NCBI GenBank assembly: GCA_965262235.1
Contig: OZ253504.1
Coordinates: forward strand, 2,731,681-2,795,680
Direction of reading: 5' to 3'
Source: Dehalococcoidia bacterium
GTDB taxonomy: Bacteria > Chloroflexota > Dehalococcoidia > Bin125
DNA length: 64,000 nt
Within the stretch, counting starts at the first letter, position 1, and each line of letters begins with the position of its first letter. Below are positions 19,901 through 31,100 of the stretch, piece by piece. Below the pieces are notes generated by a model, which saw nothing but the letters and a program-made list of their open reading frames with translations, did no database searches and was not told where the DNA came from. A program made the translations under genes and the position numbers.

Positions 19901-22900
19901 CGTCCTCCACCGACCAACTTCGTGTGTCGGACGCGTCCACATCGGATGCCGTGTAGGTGGCGACCGCGGTGCTGTTCTCTGCGACACTCCTGGTGGTGGG
20001 ACCGCCCGTGATCGTGGGCGCTTCATTCACAGGCTCCACTGTCACGGTGACGGCCATCGTGGCGGGCAGTGAACCATCCGAGACCTTGACCGTCACGTTG
20101 TAGTCATTCATTTCGTCGGCGTCGGCCGGCAGCTCGTAGTTCGGCAACACCCGGAACTTCAGCTCGCCCTCCCCGTCGGCGTTCTTCGTGATCCTGAAGT
20201 CGCCCCGGTCGGCGCCTTCCAACGACCAGGTCAGGGTGGTCGAGGCGTCCACATCGGAGGCCTCGAAGGTGGCGATCGTCTCTGTGGTCGGGGTGTTCTC
20301 GTCTTTGCTGACGCTGCTTGGGCCCGCGTCAATCGTCGGCGCCTCGTTGACGTTCGTCAGGCTGATCGTCACGGCGATGCTGTCATCGTCGTTGATGTCG
20401 GTGTTGCCGGCGGAGTCCTTGCTGTCGCGCACGGTCACGGTCACGCTGTAGCTGTTGTCGCCTTCGAAGTCATAAGTCTCACCGGCAATTGTTCGTATCT
20501 GTCCGTTCGACGGGTCGACCGCAAAGGACGAACGGTCGGCGCCGCTCCACGAATAGGTAAGCGTGTCGTTGTCGCCGTCAGTAGCCCTGACCGGCGTCCC
20601 GACGTTCGTGGCAGTGAGTCTGTTCTCCTGGACGCTGCGATCGGCCGTGTCGCCCTCGGTGAATTCCGGTTCGGCGTTTCCGGCGCCGATCTGGGCGGTC
20701 ACGCCGTTGGCGGACTTGCCCGAAGCTTGCGGGTCGGTGTACGACGCAGTGGCTCGCACGTATTTGGTCACGTCGCCGGCCACCAGCGTGTAGCTGTTGC
20801 TCGTCGCGCCGCTCAGGTTGGAGAAGGGCCCGCTTTCCGCATCCGCCCGCGCCCACTGCCACGAGACGGCGGTAGGGGTTCCGTCTATGTCGGTCACCGA
20901 CGCGGTTAACGTCGATCCTCCCGAAGTCGTGCCTGTAATCGCGACCGTGCCGTCCTCGTCGACGTTTGTGAGGCTGATCGTCACGGCGATGCTGTCATCG
21001 TTACTGCTGTTGGTGTTGCCGGCGGAGTCCTTGTTGTCGCGCACGTTGACGGTCACGCTGTAACTGCTGTCGTTCTCGAAGTTGTAGGTGACCCCGGACT
21101 TGGTCTGGATCTGGCCGCTCGTCGAGACAATGGTGAAGGACGACGCGTCGCCGCCGCTCAGCGAGTAGGTCAGCGTGTCGTCGTTGCCGTCTGTAGCGCT
21201 GACGGCAGACCCGACACTCGTTCCTGTCGAGCTATTCTCCTCGACACTGCGCATGGCCGTGTCGCCCTCGTCGAATTCCGGCTCGGCGTTTCCGCTTCCG
21301 ATCTGGGCGGTCACGGCGCTGGCGGACTTGCCCGGTCCTTCAGGGTCGGTGTACGAGGCTGTGGCCCGCAGGTATTTGGTCACGTCGGCGGCCACGGTCG
21401 TGTAGCCGGCGGACGTCGCCCCGCTGATGTTGGAGAACGACCCGTCTACAGTATCTCCCCGCGCCCACCGCCACGTGACTCCGGTGGGTGTCCCGTCCAG
21501 GTCGGTCAACGATGCCGTCAACACCGATCCTCCCGAGGTCCCGCCGTCAATCGTGACCGTGCCGTCCTCGTCGACATTCGTGATATTGATGGTCACGGCG
21601 ATGCTGTCATCGAATAAACGGTCGGCCGTGAAGCTGGGGTCGAAACTGTCGCTCACTTCCATGGTGAAGCTGTAGCTGCTCTTGTCCTCGAAGTTGTAGG
21701 TGTGGTCGGGCGAGATCGCCACCTGGCCGGTGGCAAGGTTGAATCTGAAGGAGGGCGCGTCCGCGCCTGTCCCCCCGTAGCGCAGCTCGTGGCTTTCAGG
21801 ATCCGTAGCCGAGACTGGCGTACCGATAGCCGCAAACCGAGCGGCGTCCTCAGGCACTTCGCGGGTGGCTGAGTCGCCTTCGTCGAATGTCGGTGCGAAG
21901 TTGCCTACCGCGATCTGGGCCGTCGTGGCGTTGGCGGTCTTGCCCGGTCCCTGTGGGTCGGTGTACGACGCCGTGGCCCGCAGGTACTTGGTCGCCTCGC
22001 CGGCCTCGAGCATGAAGGCGGCGGAGGTCGCCCCGCTAATGTCGGAGAAGGTCCCGTCTTCCGTATCACCCCGCGCCCACTGCCAGGTGACCTCGGAGGG
22101 TGTCCCGTCCAGGTCGGTCAACGATGCCGTGAGCGTCGATCCGGTCAAGGCGAAGCCCTCAAACGTGACCGTGCCCTCCTCGTCGACGTTCGTGAGGGTG
22201 ATGGTCACTGTGATCGCGTCGTCATAGTCGGGGTCGGGCGCGCCAACGCCGTCCTTGCCGTCTGTTACCTCAACGACTACCGTAAAAGTGTTGTCGCTCT
22301 CGAAGTCGAAGGTTATCCCGGGTCGGGTCTTCAACTGCCCGGTACCACTGTCGATAATGAAGTTTACACTTTCTACGCCGGTCACAATGAAGTTCAGCGT
22401 ATCGTCCGGGTCCGGGTCTGTCGCCGTGAACGCCGTGCCGATGTTCGTATCTGCCACGCTGTTCTCGGGTAAGCTGCGCGCGGCCGTATTGCCCTCGTCG
22501 AATGTCGGCTCCGTGTTCGGGTTGGCTCTGACGGTCGGTCCGCCGTTGTCTTCCTTGTCATTCGGCGGCGCGGGCATGGTCACCGCCTCGCTCGGGGCAG
22601 ACGCAACCAGCTCACGATGCTGTGCATCGTCGTTGAATGTCACGACCCCGCTGACGCCGGCGCCCGTATCGGCAGCGGTCAGCATGTAAGCCTCACCGGT
22701 CGCCCCAACGATCGGTTGGCCGCCGCGGTTCCACGAAGAGCAGTAGCCGGCGTTGGTCAGTCCGTCGCTGTCGCTGAGGCCGGAGAGATCCAGCGTCAGG
22801 GTTCCGCCTACCAGCGCGTCGCCGCTGATCGTGGGCACGCCGCCGGCCGCAGTATTCTCCGGCGCCGTCGACGGCGTCGTCGGCGCGATGACCGCGTTCG

Positions 22901-23303
22901 TCCACGCGCTATAGAGGTCGTGCTCAGTGCCACCGTCATCGGTGTATCGCACCGCTACCCGGATCGGCTTGGCCAGATCGTCCCAGGCCAACACAAGTGT
23001 CGAGCAGTTGCCGCCCGCGATGGCGGAAGCAGCCGGAGGGTCGCCGCTCCGTTGCTGCCACTGGTAGCTGAATGACGCATTGGACAAGCCGTCCGGGTCG
23101 GTGATGCCGGACACGTCGGCAGTGAGCGTCTGCCCCACCTCGGTCGTGCCGACGATCGTCGGCGTACCCACAGGCGGAGCGGCGGCGGCGGGCCGGGCGA
23201 GGGTCGCGAGCATCCCCAGGGCGGCGAGGGCCACAAGGGCCACAAGGGGTAGGAGCAGACCAATGCCGCCCAGGCTCCCAGAACGGGGTCTGGTGGGACT
23301 CAT
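13911..23303 (-). CDS. Giant cadherin-repeat surface adhesin (about 3130 aa) with conserved C-terminal cassette
   Basis: GGAGG RBS before ATG 23303, signal peptide ending PAAA, many NxxPxF..(E/D)N..D.D...Y.L.G.DA..F.I....G.L cadherin units, poly-Gly hinge, GIWSDG repeats. Confidence 0.92.
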   Translation of the reverse strand: MSPTRPRSGSLGGIGLLLPLVALVALAALGMLATLARPAAAAPPVGTPTIVGTTEVGQTLTADVSGITDPDGLSNASFSYQWQQRSGDPPAASAIAGGNCSTLVLAWDDLAKPIRVAVRYTDDGGTEHDLYSAWTNAVIAPTTPSTAPENTAAGGVPTISGDALVGGTLTLDLSGLSDSDGLTNAGYCSSWNRGGQPIVGATGEAYMLTAADTGAGVSGVVTFNDDAQHRELVASAPSEAVTMPAPPNDKEDNGGPTVRANPNTEPTFDEGNTAARSLPENSVADTNIGTAFTATDPDPDDTLNFIVTGVESVNFIIDSGTGQLKTRPGITFDFESDNTFTVVVEVTDGKDGVGAPDPDYDDAITVTITLTNVDEEGTVTFEGFALTGSTLTASLTDLDGTPSEVTWQWARGDTEDGTFSDISGATSAAFMLEAGEATKYLRATASYTDPQGPGKTANATTAQIAVGNFAPTFDEGDSATREVPEDAARFAAIGTPVSATDPESHELRYGGTGADAPSFRFNLATGQVAISPDHTYNFEDKSSYSFTMEVSDSFDPSFTADRLFDDSIAVTINITNVDEDGTVTIDGGTSGGSVLTASLTDLDGTPTGVTWRWARGDTVDGSFSNISGATSAGYTTVAADVTKYLRATASYTDPEGPGKSASAVTAQIGSGNAEPEFDEGDTAMRSVEENSSTGTSVGSAVSATDGNDDTLTYSLSGGDASSFTIVSTSGQIQTKSGVTYNFENDSSYSVTVNVRDNKDSAGNTNSSNDDSIAVTISLTNVDEDGTVAITGTTSGGSTLTASVTDIDGTPTAVSWQWARADAESGPFSNLSGATSNSYTLVAGDVTKYVRATASYTDPQASGKSANGVTAQIGAGNAEPEFTEGDTADRSVQENRLTATNVGTPVRATDGDNDTLTYSWSGADRSSFAVDPSNGQIRTIAGETYDFEGDNSYSVTVTVRDSKDSAGNTDINDDDSIAVTISLTNVNEAPTIDAGPSSVSKDENTPTTETIATFEASDVDASTTLTWSLEGADRGDFRITKNADGEGELKFRVLPNYELPADADEMNDYNVTVKVSDGSLPATMAVTVTVEPVNEAPTITGGPTTRSVAENSTAVATYTASDVDASDTRSWSVEDADDGSKFRIDSSTGVLTFISAPDFETKADIGENNVYNATVKVTDAGGLSDTQSVAVTVMNVNEAPTIDAGPSSVSKDENTPTTETIAAFEASDVDASTTLTWSLDPDSTVSPDTGDFRITKNADGDGELTFRVSPNYELAADADEMNDYVVTVIVSDGSLTDTTTVTVTVDDVNETPVLRGRRNRNFEEIAFDRMDSELDGIDYITDIYTFTDDDGDTVTWSLGGADSEHFRIDNFGGLYFDIRPDFENPADTGSNNVYDIVVQADDGSGESNAIGTRVVTVRVTNFDETPAVTDGDDSPSFAEIEYDTAAADLTAMSYIVGTYTARDEEDQPIAWSLGGTDAGDFRIDRSSGVLSFAARPNYEDQADNDQDNDYEILVKASDNASPRNTRDYPVTVTVTNVNETPEVTGGSDAPSLAEIEYDAVDPDLTVETYTARDEEPDDVISWSLGGTDAGDFDIDPASGVLSFAARPNFEVAADDGSNNEYDIIVEASDDASPSNRRQYPVIISVTNINERPELTGSPQATVTYDENGTATVSVYAARDEEGGVTWTLTGVDRGRFIIDTGGNVSFEAPPSFESPIDANGDNDYSFTVVATDEESGTTRRNASIDVVVTVADVEEAGVVSVSNSNPAVGDQIAFELSDPDGDIDTSTITGGPGWTIETRVPGGTWVPKTMFPGQTGFAVTAYTPIDADVGNEVRAVANPYIDRRGSGKSAASEATAAVTADPIPNAPPRFRGGGLRGTIEEGGDPRPVGNPIEVTDREGDSVTFGIGHQGIQGLFDVNTSTGQLMLTEALDFETSTGFELLFVTIHDGRDADGNVETDPQIDHTATFRITVADVEEPGVITLSAEEPEIGTPLRADLEDGDGSISGTTWEWARSENGRSGWINISGANSSGYTPVNADGDFYLRASALYRDNRGDGKTAEAVTASSVPSENRQPNFPPSENGRRSVPEHTRTGVSIGAPIAAEDPEDDQLVYSLAGADADAFTIVETTGQLRTSEALDFELKPEYRLTVEVHDGRDGAGNMSTTVDDTQGVTVTIENLEEPGMVALTTITATIKARVPVTAELSDPDNATGVTWQWSRSPNGRTNWVNIANATSADYTPTLEDVRSYIRATASYTDGEGPNKSAHGISPRAVDEPPPVNAAPSFPATENGQREVPEDAASGAAIGAAIEATDFNNDVLTYTLSGSDAASFTIDENSGQLRLAANVQLDFEGKRSYSVTVSVSDAADQNDDPDTVIDARIRVTVTVTNVNEKPVVTGDTAPSYRENDSSAVASYSGADPERDTLAWSVDDSRFVMTDQGRLHFRTPPSFEDSNTTFQVTVTATDEGGLAGSLAVTVAVTDVEEEGRVSITPPRGWVSPQTAFAAVLNDDDDVRLSSVTWQWARSSNRSSWIDIPGATSSRYSTVADDVDQYLRATASYTDRRGSNKSADAALTVHIDEARPMTNTEPTFAEARYTRVIGQATAAGLSIGAPVAATDADEGDVVTYSLGGRDADRFDIDPASGQLRTKAVLEPRSYMVTVSVHDGFRANYIPDPAADATVDVIIDVTIAPSVVRRSGSGGGGGGGGGGGPPPVPIPSDEDFDWNVTRDIESLDGDNDIPTDLWSDGQTLWVLENAASGADAVFAYELESGERQPDREFELDPRNRFSHGIWSDGETVWVADSGQDRLFAYDLESGERHEPREIELAERNRDPRGIWSDGGVMYVLDSVKDALFVYDLESGELLAEHPLDKLNRSPRGIWSDGVTLWVSDDGAKRLFAYELDGDTLKRNEDLEFGFRPLLKAGNSDARGIWSDGDVIYVADEQDDKLYTYNIPDAIIAQLASLSLSDIEIEEFSSGRRAYTAMADSSATVTTAEALATQESAMVAITPTDADGDPENGHQVSLEAETAISITVTSEDGSRTTTYLVDVSKPPCLGGLTNERLSEVTFVGGSVSELEACARSLDVSALYHHAGGVWTAFFLDAPEFLSRPFRTRFAEGLPPGAALVASGVVSVAN

Positions 23304-23916
23304 GGTCGCGCCTCCCAGCGGGGACAGCCCAGCGTTCCGTGGGCGGGGCCGTGGCGAAGAGAAGGAGCGGTCGGACCGGGCGCCAGCCGGGCACACGGGG
23401 CCAACCTGGTGCTGACCGTTGGCGTCAACACGACCAGTGCGGGACGGTCATAAAGATCAAGACAGTGATACATCAGGGTGGGACTTTCGGACGATCTGAA
23501 GGTCGAACGAACCGATACTACCACGATTCAATGTGACCACAATGGCAGGCATGGGCTACCCAGGTCCCTGTCGTTTCCCTCCGGAGTGAAGCATCCGCAG
23601 GCTGAAGGGGTTCCAGCTCGGCCCGCGACAGCCCTCGCTCAGGAGCTCCTGGCGGCCTATCCACGTCGTTCTCACCAGATGGGAGGAGCACATTGCAGCG
23701 GCGTCAAAGTCCGGCCCGCCGCACGCCCGCTGCAGCTGTGATCGCGTCTTGATCGAGACGGGCGAGCGGACGCGTCTGAGGCGGGCAATCAATGCTGATC
23801 AAACCATGCGCGTGAGTTCACCATCCGCCTTTATGTGGAGACGGGCCCGCTGCTGCCGGTCACTCCTGAAGGGTGTTGCGCTGCAATCCAGGCGTTCGTC
23901 GGGAGGGCGAACCTGG

Positions 23917-24420
23917 CAGGCTGTCGAAGAATCTGCGGGTGAGATTCGGAAGCGGCGTGATGCTTGGCTGAGCGGGTTCAATCGAGCGGATCGGTCGGGC
24001 CGGGTGGCGCGTTGGGGGGGTGTCCCGGCGGCGCAGGCGGCTGGTCGGGCGGTGTCTGGCTGTGCGGCGGCGGACTCGATCCAGGCCGGGCGGGTGCGGT
24101 TGTGGGCGGCGGCAGTCAACTCGGACCAGAGCGTGTTGCGCGCTCGGCCGAGCTAGCCCAGGCTGCTGCCGCCGCCGACGGTCTTGTTCCGGCCGAAGCC
24201 TTCCTCGATCCGCTTGCGTGGGCGCTGACGGTGGCCCTAGCCCTTGTACCTGGTCGCCCGACGGTCGATGGCGCCGCGCTGCCCGCGGTCGGCGCCGAGC
24301 GTGGCCGGCCCGCTCCGACAGCCGCCCGGTCGCAATGCGGCCGAGTCCCGGGGACTTCGAGTCCTCCGGGTAGAGCCGATCGCGCGTCGCGATGCTGCTG
24401 AGCGGCCGCGTGATCAACGT
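23917..24420 (-). mobile_element. Degraded IS5-family transposase fragment with probable terminal inverted repeat
   Basis: Minus-strand translation TIDRRATRYKG*...RKRIEEGFG..KTVGG...LTAAAHN resembles IS5-type C-termini; RLY motif upstream; CAGGCTGTCGAAGAA at 23917-23931. Confidence 0.6.
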
Positions 24421-25196
24421 CACGCGCGAGAGCTCTTCGCCGAACGCCGCCGATGCACGGCAGCGAAGACCGTCTGTTCCCCGGCGCTCCGCCAGCCGTC
24501 AGACCCGGCGGACGCACTCTCGCAGGAACGTCTCAGCGACAGCCATTCGCCCGCTCAAGGAATCGCCAGCCAAGCAGTGTTGATGCGGTTCGCGTCACAG
24601 CGCCGACGGCGAAATCGTCTTCGCAGCACGGGTCAAGCGCCCTGATCCGCTGACGGTCGAGGCGACAGCGAGTCCCGGAGCGCACGCTGTTGCCTGGGAG
24701 GTCGTGCAATTCGACGTAGCTCTGGCCCTGAATCAACCGCGGCGACAGAGCGGCGGTTTGAACAGTCACGCCCACAGCGGCCGCGGCCGAGCATTCCATG
24801 GACATGCTCGGTCCTGCTGCGGATTGTCGACGCCATCCGTTCGTCCTACGACGTATAAAGCGCATGCAGTAGTATCCGCCCTGCCCGTTTCAGAGGGTAC
24901 AGCACATCCGGTATAAATCGATGTATCGCTTCGAGAAATGAATCATTGCAAGCAGAGCATCCGATTGCCAGGGCCGGCAATGAACAGGGCGGCATGATGA
25001 CAGCATTCCGGTGTTGGGGTTCGCTAACGGGATCCATCCGTGGCCCTGCTCAGGTGTGCGCCGATCAGGCTGTTCATGTTCGCAGGCCCCGGTCCAATCC
25101 GGCGCTGTCCCATGTCCGCCTTGCGGTAGATGAGCGGCGCATCCGCGTCGCACGCCATCGGAGCGCCACGATGTCTGGTCGAAAGGGAGTAACCGT

Positions 25197-28100
25197 GTGA
25201 CAGATCACATTCAACGCCTGGTCAAGTGGTCTGCGCTGGCATTGCTGCTGGCGGTGTCATGCTTCGGATGGTCGATTGGCGCTCAGCCGGCCCGCGCCGA
25301 CGGTGGCGATGAACCGTCGGATTCAATCCTGGTCCCGCGCAATTGGAGCCTGATCCCCCGCGGCATCCCAGCGGGCGGAGAGTTCCGGCTGCTCGTCGTC
25401 ACCAAGTTGATGCGTGACTCGAGCTCCACTGAGATCGCCGACTACGACGCGCACGTGCAAGCGGATCTGGCCGCGTCGAATGCTCACCCGGGCATCGCGC
25501 AGTACGCATCCCTCTTTCGCGTCGTGGGCAGCACCACGACGGTCGCCGCGCGCGATCATATCGAGGCTGGGCCGGAGCACGAACCCGGTGTAGCCATCTA
25601 CTGGCTCAATGGGGCACGAGTCAGCGAAAGCTATCGCGGCTTCTTCAGCGGCAAGTGGCAGTCATACGACGCGAGTTGGAACAACGGGCGGACGGTCCCC
25701 GGAGATCGGCTCTACGGCTTCTACATTGCGACGGGATCGACCAACGCCGGAGGCAGGTCGTTTGGCGAAGAGTTGGGAACGCGGCGACAGCACTTTGGGC
25801 GTGACTCAGTCGCGTACGGTGTGCTGCAAGCCGGCGGTGTCTTCGATTACTCCCTTGAAGCCGACACGGTCGCTCCCGAAGCGTCGCGGCCGTTCTACGC
25901 AATTTCTCCCGTCTTTCGAGTAATGGATGACGGTACCCCACATACGGTCTCGGTCACGATCACGTCCGACGCGGGCAGCGACAACGACTACGGTCGCGGC
26001 GACACGATTCGCGCCAAAGTCACCTTCAACGAAGCGGTCACCGTGAGTGGTCAGCCGATCCTCCAACTCCGGTTCGGCAGAGATGAAGACCACAAGGCGC
26101 CGTACGCCAGCGAGGTGGTCGATGCCGCCTACGTGGCATCGGCGAGCACGGCCACGGAGTTGGTGTTCGACTACACCGTGTCGGCAGATGAGACGGACGA
26201 CGATGGATTGTCGATCGGCCGCGGCGCGATCCGGCTCAATGGCGGTTCGATCACCAAACAGAACGCCTCGACCAAAGCCAACGTCTACAACCGGCTCCTG
26301 AAAGATCAGCCCGAGCATCGTGTCAATCAGGCGCCCTTCGCGAGGAGACCTCAGATACTGTCCAGGCCGCTGTCGAGCAGCGACGAATACGGGCTGGGCG
26401 AACTGATCCAATTCGTCATTCCATTCAGCGAGTCCGTCGAGGTGAACACTGCGCCGGGGCGGCCGCAACTGAACATTCAGATTGGCAGACTGAAGGTCAA
26501 GGCTGATTTCCTCTACACCAACGGCTCGAAGGTCATCTTTGGTCACGTGGTGGCTGACCGCCAGATCGATGTCAACGGCGTTCGCGTCAAGAAGAACGGG
26601 CTGAAGCTGAACGGCTCAACGATCCGCAGCGTCGAGACCGGCCGCGACGCCAGGTTCACGTTCGGCTGGATCGATTTCTCCGGGCACGGAGTCGACGCGG
26701 GTCTGACGCCCCCAGCTTCCTCGAACGCGCGTTTGGCTTCATTCTCGCTGAGCGGTGTCTCCTTGCGCCCCGCCTTTGACCCGGATGTCACCGAGTACAT
26801 GGGAACTGCCCCAAATGGCGTCTCCGAGACGACCTTGCGTTCGCTCGCCTATGACTCCGCTGCGAGCGTGACCTTCTCCCACGCCGATGCGGACAGCGAC
26901 GCCTCCGGGAGGCAGATCAGCCTGCCGGTCGGCGATACCACGATCACGCTGACCGTCGCCGCGTCCGACCAGAGGTCAACCAAGACGTACACCATTAAGG
27001 TCATGCGCAGCATGGCGGGCAACCTCGCGGCGGTGTCGATTGTTGCGGACGAGGACTCCGTGGTGGAGGGGACAGCGACGAGCTTCACGCTCACGCGCAG
27101 CGCACCGCTCGCCGGCGCGTTGACCGTCGCGCTCGACGTGTCGCAGACAGGCGTCGTCGTCGCCACCGATGGCACATACGCACCGCCGACCGAAATCACA
27201 TTCACGGCCGGCTCCGCCACCGCGACGCTGTCCGTCCGAACGCAGTCCGACACAACCGACGAACCGGATGGCACCATCAAGGCCATGCTGATGCCGAAGA
27301 TCCACTACAACCTCGGCGAAGCGGACTCGGCCCAGGTGACCGTCAGCGACGACGATGACACCCCGACGGCGACACTGCAGCTCAGTTCCGCTTCGATCGG
27401 CGAGAACGGCGGCGTGAGCACGGTCACGGCAACGCTCGATCGAGCCTCCAGCGAGGGGACCACGATCGCACTCTCGGCGACTCCCGTCGCACCGGCCGCT
27501 GCCGCCGATTTCAGCCTCAGTCCGAACGCGGAGCTGTCGATTCCCGCAGGCGAAACCACCAGCGTCGGAACGGTCACGATCACCGCGCAGGACAACGCAG
27601 TTGGGAACGCCAGCAAAACGGTGACGGTGTCCGCCAGGACGACCAATGCACACAGCCTGAATCCGCCCGACGCGCTGACCCTGACTATCACCGACGACGA
27701 GTCGTCGCCGACGGCGCCGATGCACCTGACCGCGACGCCTGGCGACGCACAAGTCACCCTGTCGTGGGATGCGCCCGCCGCCGCCGCCGATGTCACCCGT
27801 CATGAGTACCGCCACCACGAAGTCGGCAGCCAGTACGCGAACAGTTGGACAGAAATCCCGGACAGCGCGCCGGGCGAAACCAACGAAGATGGCGTCACGG
27901 TGAGCGGGCTCACGAATGCGGCGTCGTACAACTTCCAGGTGCGTGCCGTGAGCGACGCCGGCGTGAGCGAATCGTCCATGGACGCCAGTGCGTTCGTGGG
28001 AGCGGGACAGGGCATCTGTGATCGAACTGATCAGGTTCGCACGCGTCTCCTGTCGCTGCTCGGCAACGTGTCCGAGATCGAAGATGTGTCCGACTGCGCC

Positions 28101-31100
28101 GATGTCACTGCTGCACACCTCGCGAAAATCACCGGCGAGGTCAAGATCGTCGGCTCGGACCTGGACAGCCTGAAGGCGGGGGACTTTGACGGCCTGACCA
28201 AGGTGACGCAATTGCTCCTCTACAAGCAGAACATCACATTCTTGCCGGATGGCCTGTTCTCTGACATGGCATCCCTGGAACTGCTTGACCTGCACGTCAA
28301 CCACCTCGCAACCGTATCGGCTCCGATTTTCACGGGCCTGACCGCCCTTGAGGAATTGGACTTGAGCTTCAACGAGTTGTACGAAGTCGAGGACTCGACG
28401 TTTGCCGAGCTCACCTCACTGCAGACGCTGAAACTGTTCTACAACCACTTGCCCAGGATCAGAGTCCAGATGTTTGATGGGCTCACGAATCTGACCGAAC
28501 TGGATGTGTCGCGCAACTGGATTGCCACCATTGAGGCCGACAGCTTCGAGGATCTGTCGTCAGTGACGAAGCTGCATCTGGACTTCAATCAGATCGTCCA
28601 CTGGTACCCGAACATGCTCGCAGGGTTGGAATCGATCAAAAGACTCCGGCTCGATTCCAACCCGTTCAAGGAGGCCACCGTCCACTCGCCCTTTGTCGAC
28701 CTATCGACGCTTGAGTACCTCAACGTCGACTTCGGCCAACTCCGATTCAAGTTTGCCCCCGGCATGTTCAAGGGACTCACATCGCTTGAGACGCTGGCGG
28801 CCATGGGCAACTGGCGCGAAGGCAACGTCCTGCCCCTATACATGCGACTGGAAATGGACACCGACCACACCATTCGGGTCGAGATTCCCGCCGGAGCGCC
28901 ATTCGACGTGGTTGCGGAAGTCAAGGTCCAGAATGGCAGTCTGGCGGACGGGGCAACGGCCATAACCGTGAATCGCGGCGAAACGAAGAGCGACAGCGTC
29001 GCAGTCACGCGAACGACAGGCACGACAGGGCCAGTCCGTGTCAGATTTGGTGAGCTCCCGAGCATTCCAGCCGGTGATCCTGAGGCAGACATCGGAGCAC
29101 ATGTGGGCTACGGGCTTTCCGATTCTGCAGGCAACCCACTTCTTGAAGTTATCCCCGCGCTGCCAACATTGAAGCTCGCTCTCTCTCCTTCCGGCGTCCT
29201 GGAGCAAGACGACACGGCCACTAGCGGTGTGACCGAGTCGATGACAACGGTTACCGCCACCCTGAAGGAACCGATCGGGACGCCATTCAGCGTCACTGTT
29301 TCCGTTGCAGCTGTTAGCCCGGCTACGGACGACGCGGTCACCCTGAGTTCAAACACCACCCTGTCATTTGCCGCAAATTCGACGACCAGCACCGGAACCG
29401 TGACGATCACCGCCGTCGACAATGACACAGCGACGGGTGATCGTCACTTCACCGTGTCGGGTACGACATCTGCCGCGGTCGCGCATGGGCCAGACGGCGT
29501 AACGCTGACTGTCCACGACGACGAGCCTCCGGTTGCACCATCAGATCTGTCGGCCTCGGCTGGCGACCGTGAAGTGATCTTGATGTGGGCGGCGCCGAAT
29601 GCAAATCATGGAGTTGAGAGCTTCGAGTACCGCTATCGGGCGTCGACGGAGACGGACTATCCCGAGACGTGGACTGCGGTGGGAGGCGGCTACCTGGGTG
29701 AGAGACAGCCGATCCCGGCCCTGGTCGATCCGCATCCCAGCTTGCTCAGTCCACGCTCTTCGTCGCGGGCGGCTGGCTATCGCGTCAGAAATCTGACCAA
29801 CGATGTGGCACACCTGTTCCAGGTGCGTGCGGTAAACATGGCAGGCACAAGTGGCGCCCCCGCTACTTCAGACGCGGCCACTCCGAGTGAATGGCCGCAG
29901 GTCGAGCTTGTCCTCTCCCCCGCCAAGATCGGGGAACAAGACGATTCCTCGACCCTCCTGGTGGACGAATCTGTCTCAATAGTCAGCGCGACGCTGACCG
30001 AAGCGGTCAGTGTTCCTTTCACCGTGACTGTGACTGCGGCAGACTCGCAAAGCTACTCATTCGGTCCAAACCGGGTACTCAGTGTCGCAGCCGACTCGAC
30101 CGCGAGTACGGGAACCGTGAGTATGAGCGCCGTCTACAGCACTGTTGCCGAACCGGATGCAATGATCACCGTGTCCGGCGCCGTTTCCTCCACAGGCCGT
30201 CGCGCGGGAGTCCAGACTCCTCAAGCGGTCACGCTGACGATCATGGACGCCGATAACTCACCGCCGACCTCGGAAGATGCAACCGTTCGAACTGACGAAG
30301 ATACGGCCTACACGTTCCAGGCTTCCGACTTCCCCTTCTTCGATGGGAACATTGACGACGCCTTGCAGAGCGTGGGCATTCTCAAACTGCCGCAGAGAGG
30401 CACGCTCAAGTTCGGCGAGGTCACCTTGTCCGACGGGTACAAGGTTGATGCGGCCAACATCGGCCAGTTGAGCTTCGAACCGGCCCCGCATGAGTACGGC
30501 AGTAAATACACCTCCTTTGCCTTCAACGTGAACGACGGCGAGGCGTCAAGCGTCCTCGCTTCGACCATGACGATCGCCGTCACTTCAGTGAACGATCGGC
30601 CGGTCTTCGACAGTGAGGCCGCCCCCTCTGCGGTGGAGGGTCAGACGCTGGCCGGCTACGTGGTTGCCAGCGACGCCGACCAGGGAGACGCGGTGCAATA
30701 TGCGATCAGCGGTGGCGCGGACAGTGCGCTGTTCGCGATCGACGCCAACTCGGGACAGCTGACCTTCGCGACTGCTCCTGACTTCGATAACCCCTCTGAC
30801 AGCGCAAGCACCGACCCGGCCAATGCCGCGGAGAACAATGAGTATGTGGTTGTTGTCACTGCGACGGGCGGCAGCGGCGACGCTGCCTTGACCGCCAATC
30901 AGACGATCATCGTCACCGTCACCGAGGCGATGGAGACGGTTCGGGCCGAGCGCGTGATCTCGTCGGTCAGCCTCACGTCGGCTCCCGGGTCGGACCAGTT
31001 CTATGGCATTGATGATCTGGTCACGCTTCAAGTGGCGTTCGATGGCGCAGTTTCCGTCGATCCGACTCCGCGCGCCAGCGTCGGTCTCAGCAGGACGAAC

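Noticed and set aside
23460-24930. Shared upstream motif (GATGTAT, CGATCTGA) or riboswitch before the giant genes
   Set aside because: Matches are short and inconsistent in spacing; no riboswitch consensus recognised; needs MEME or Infernal
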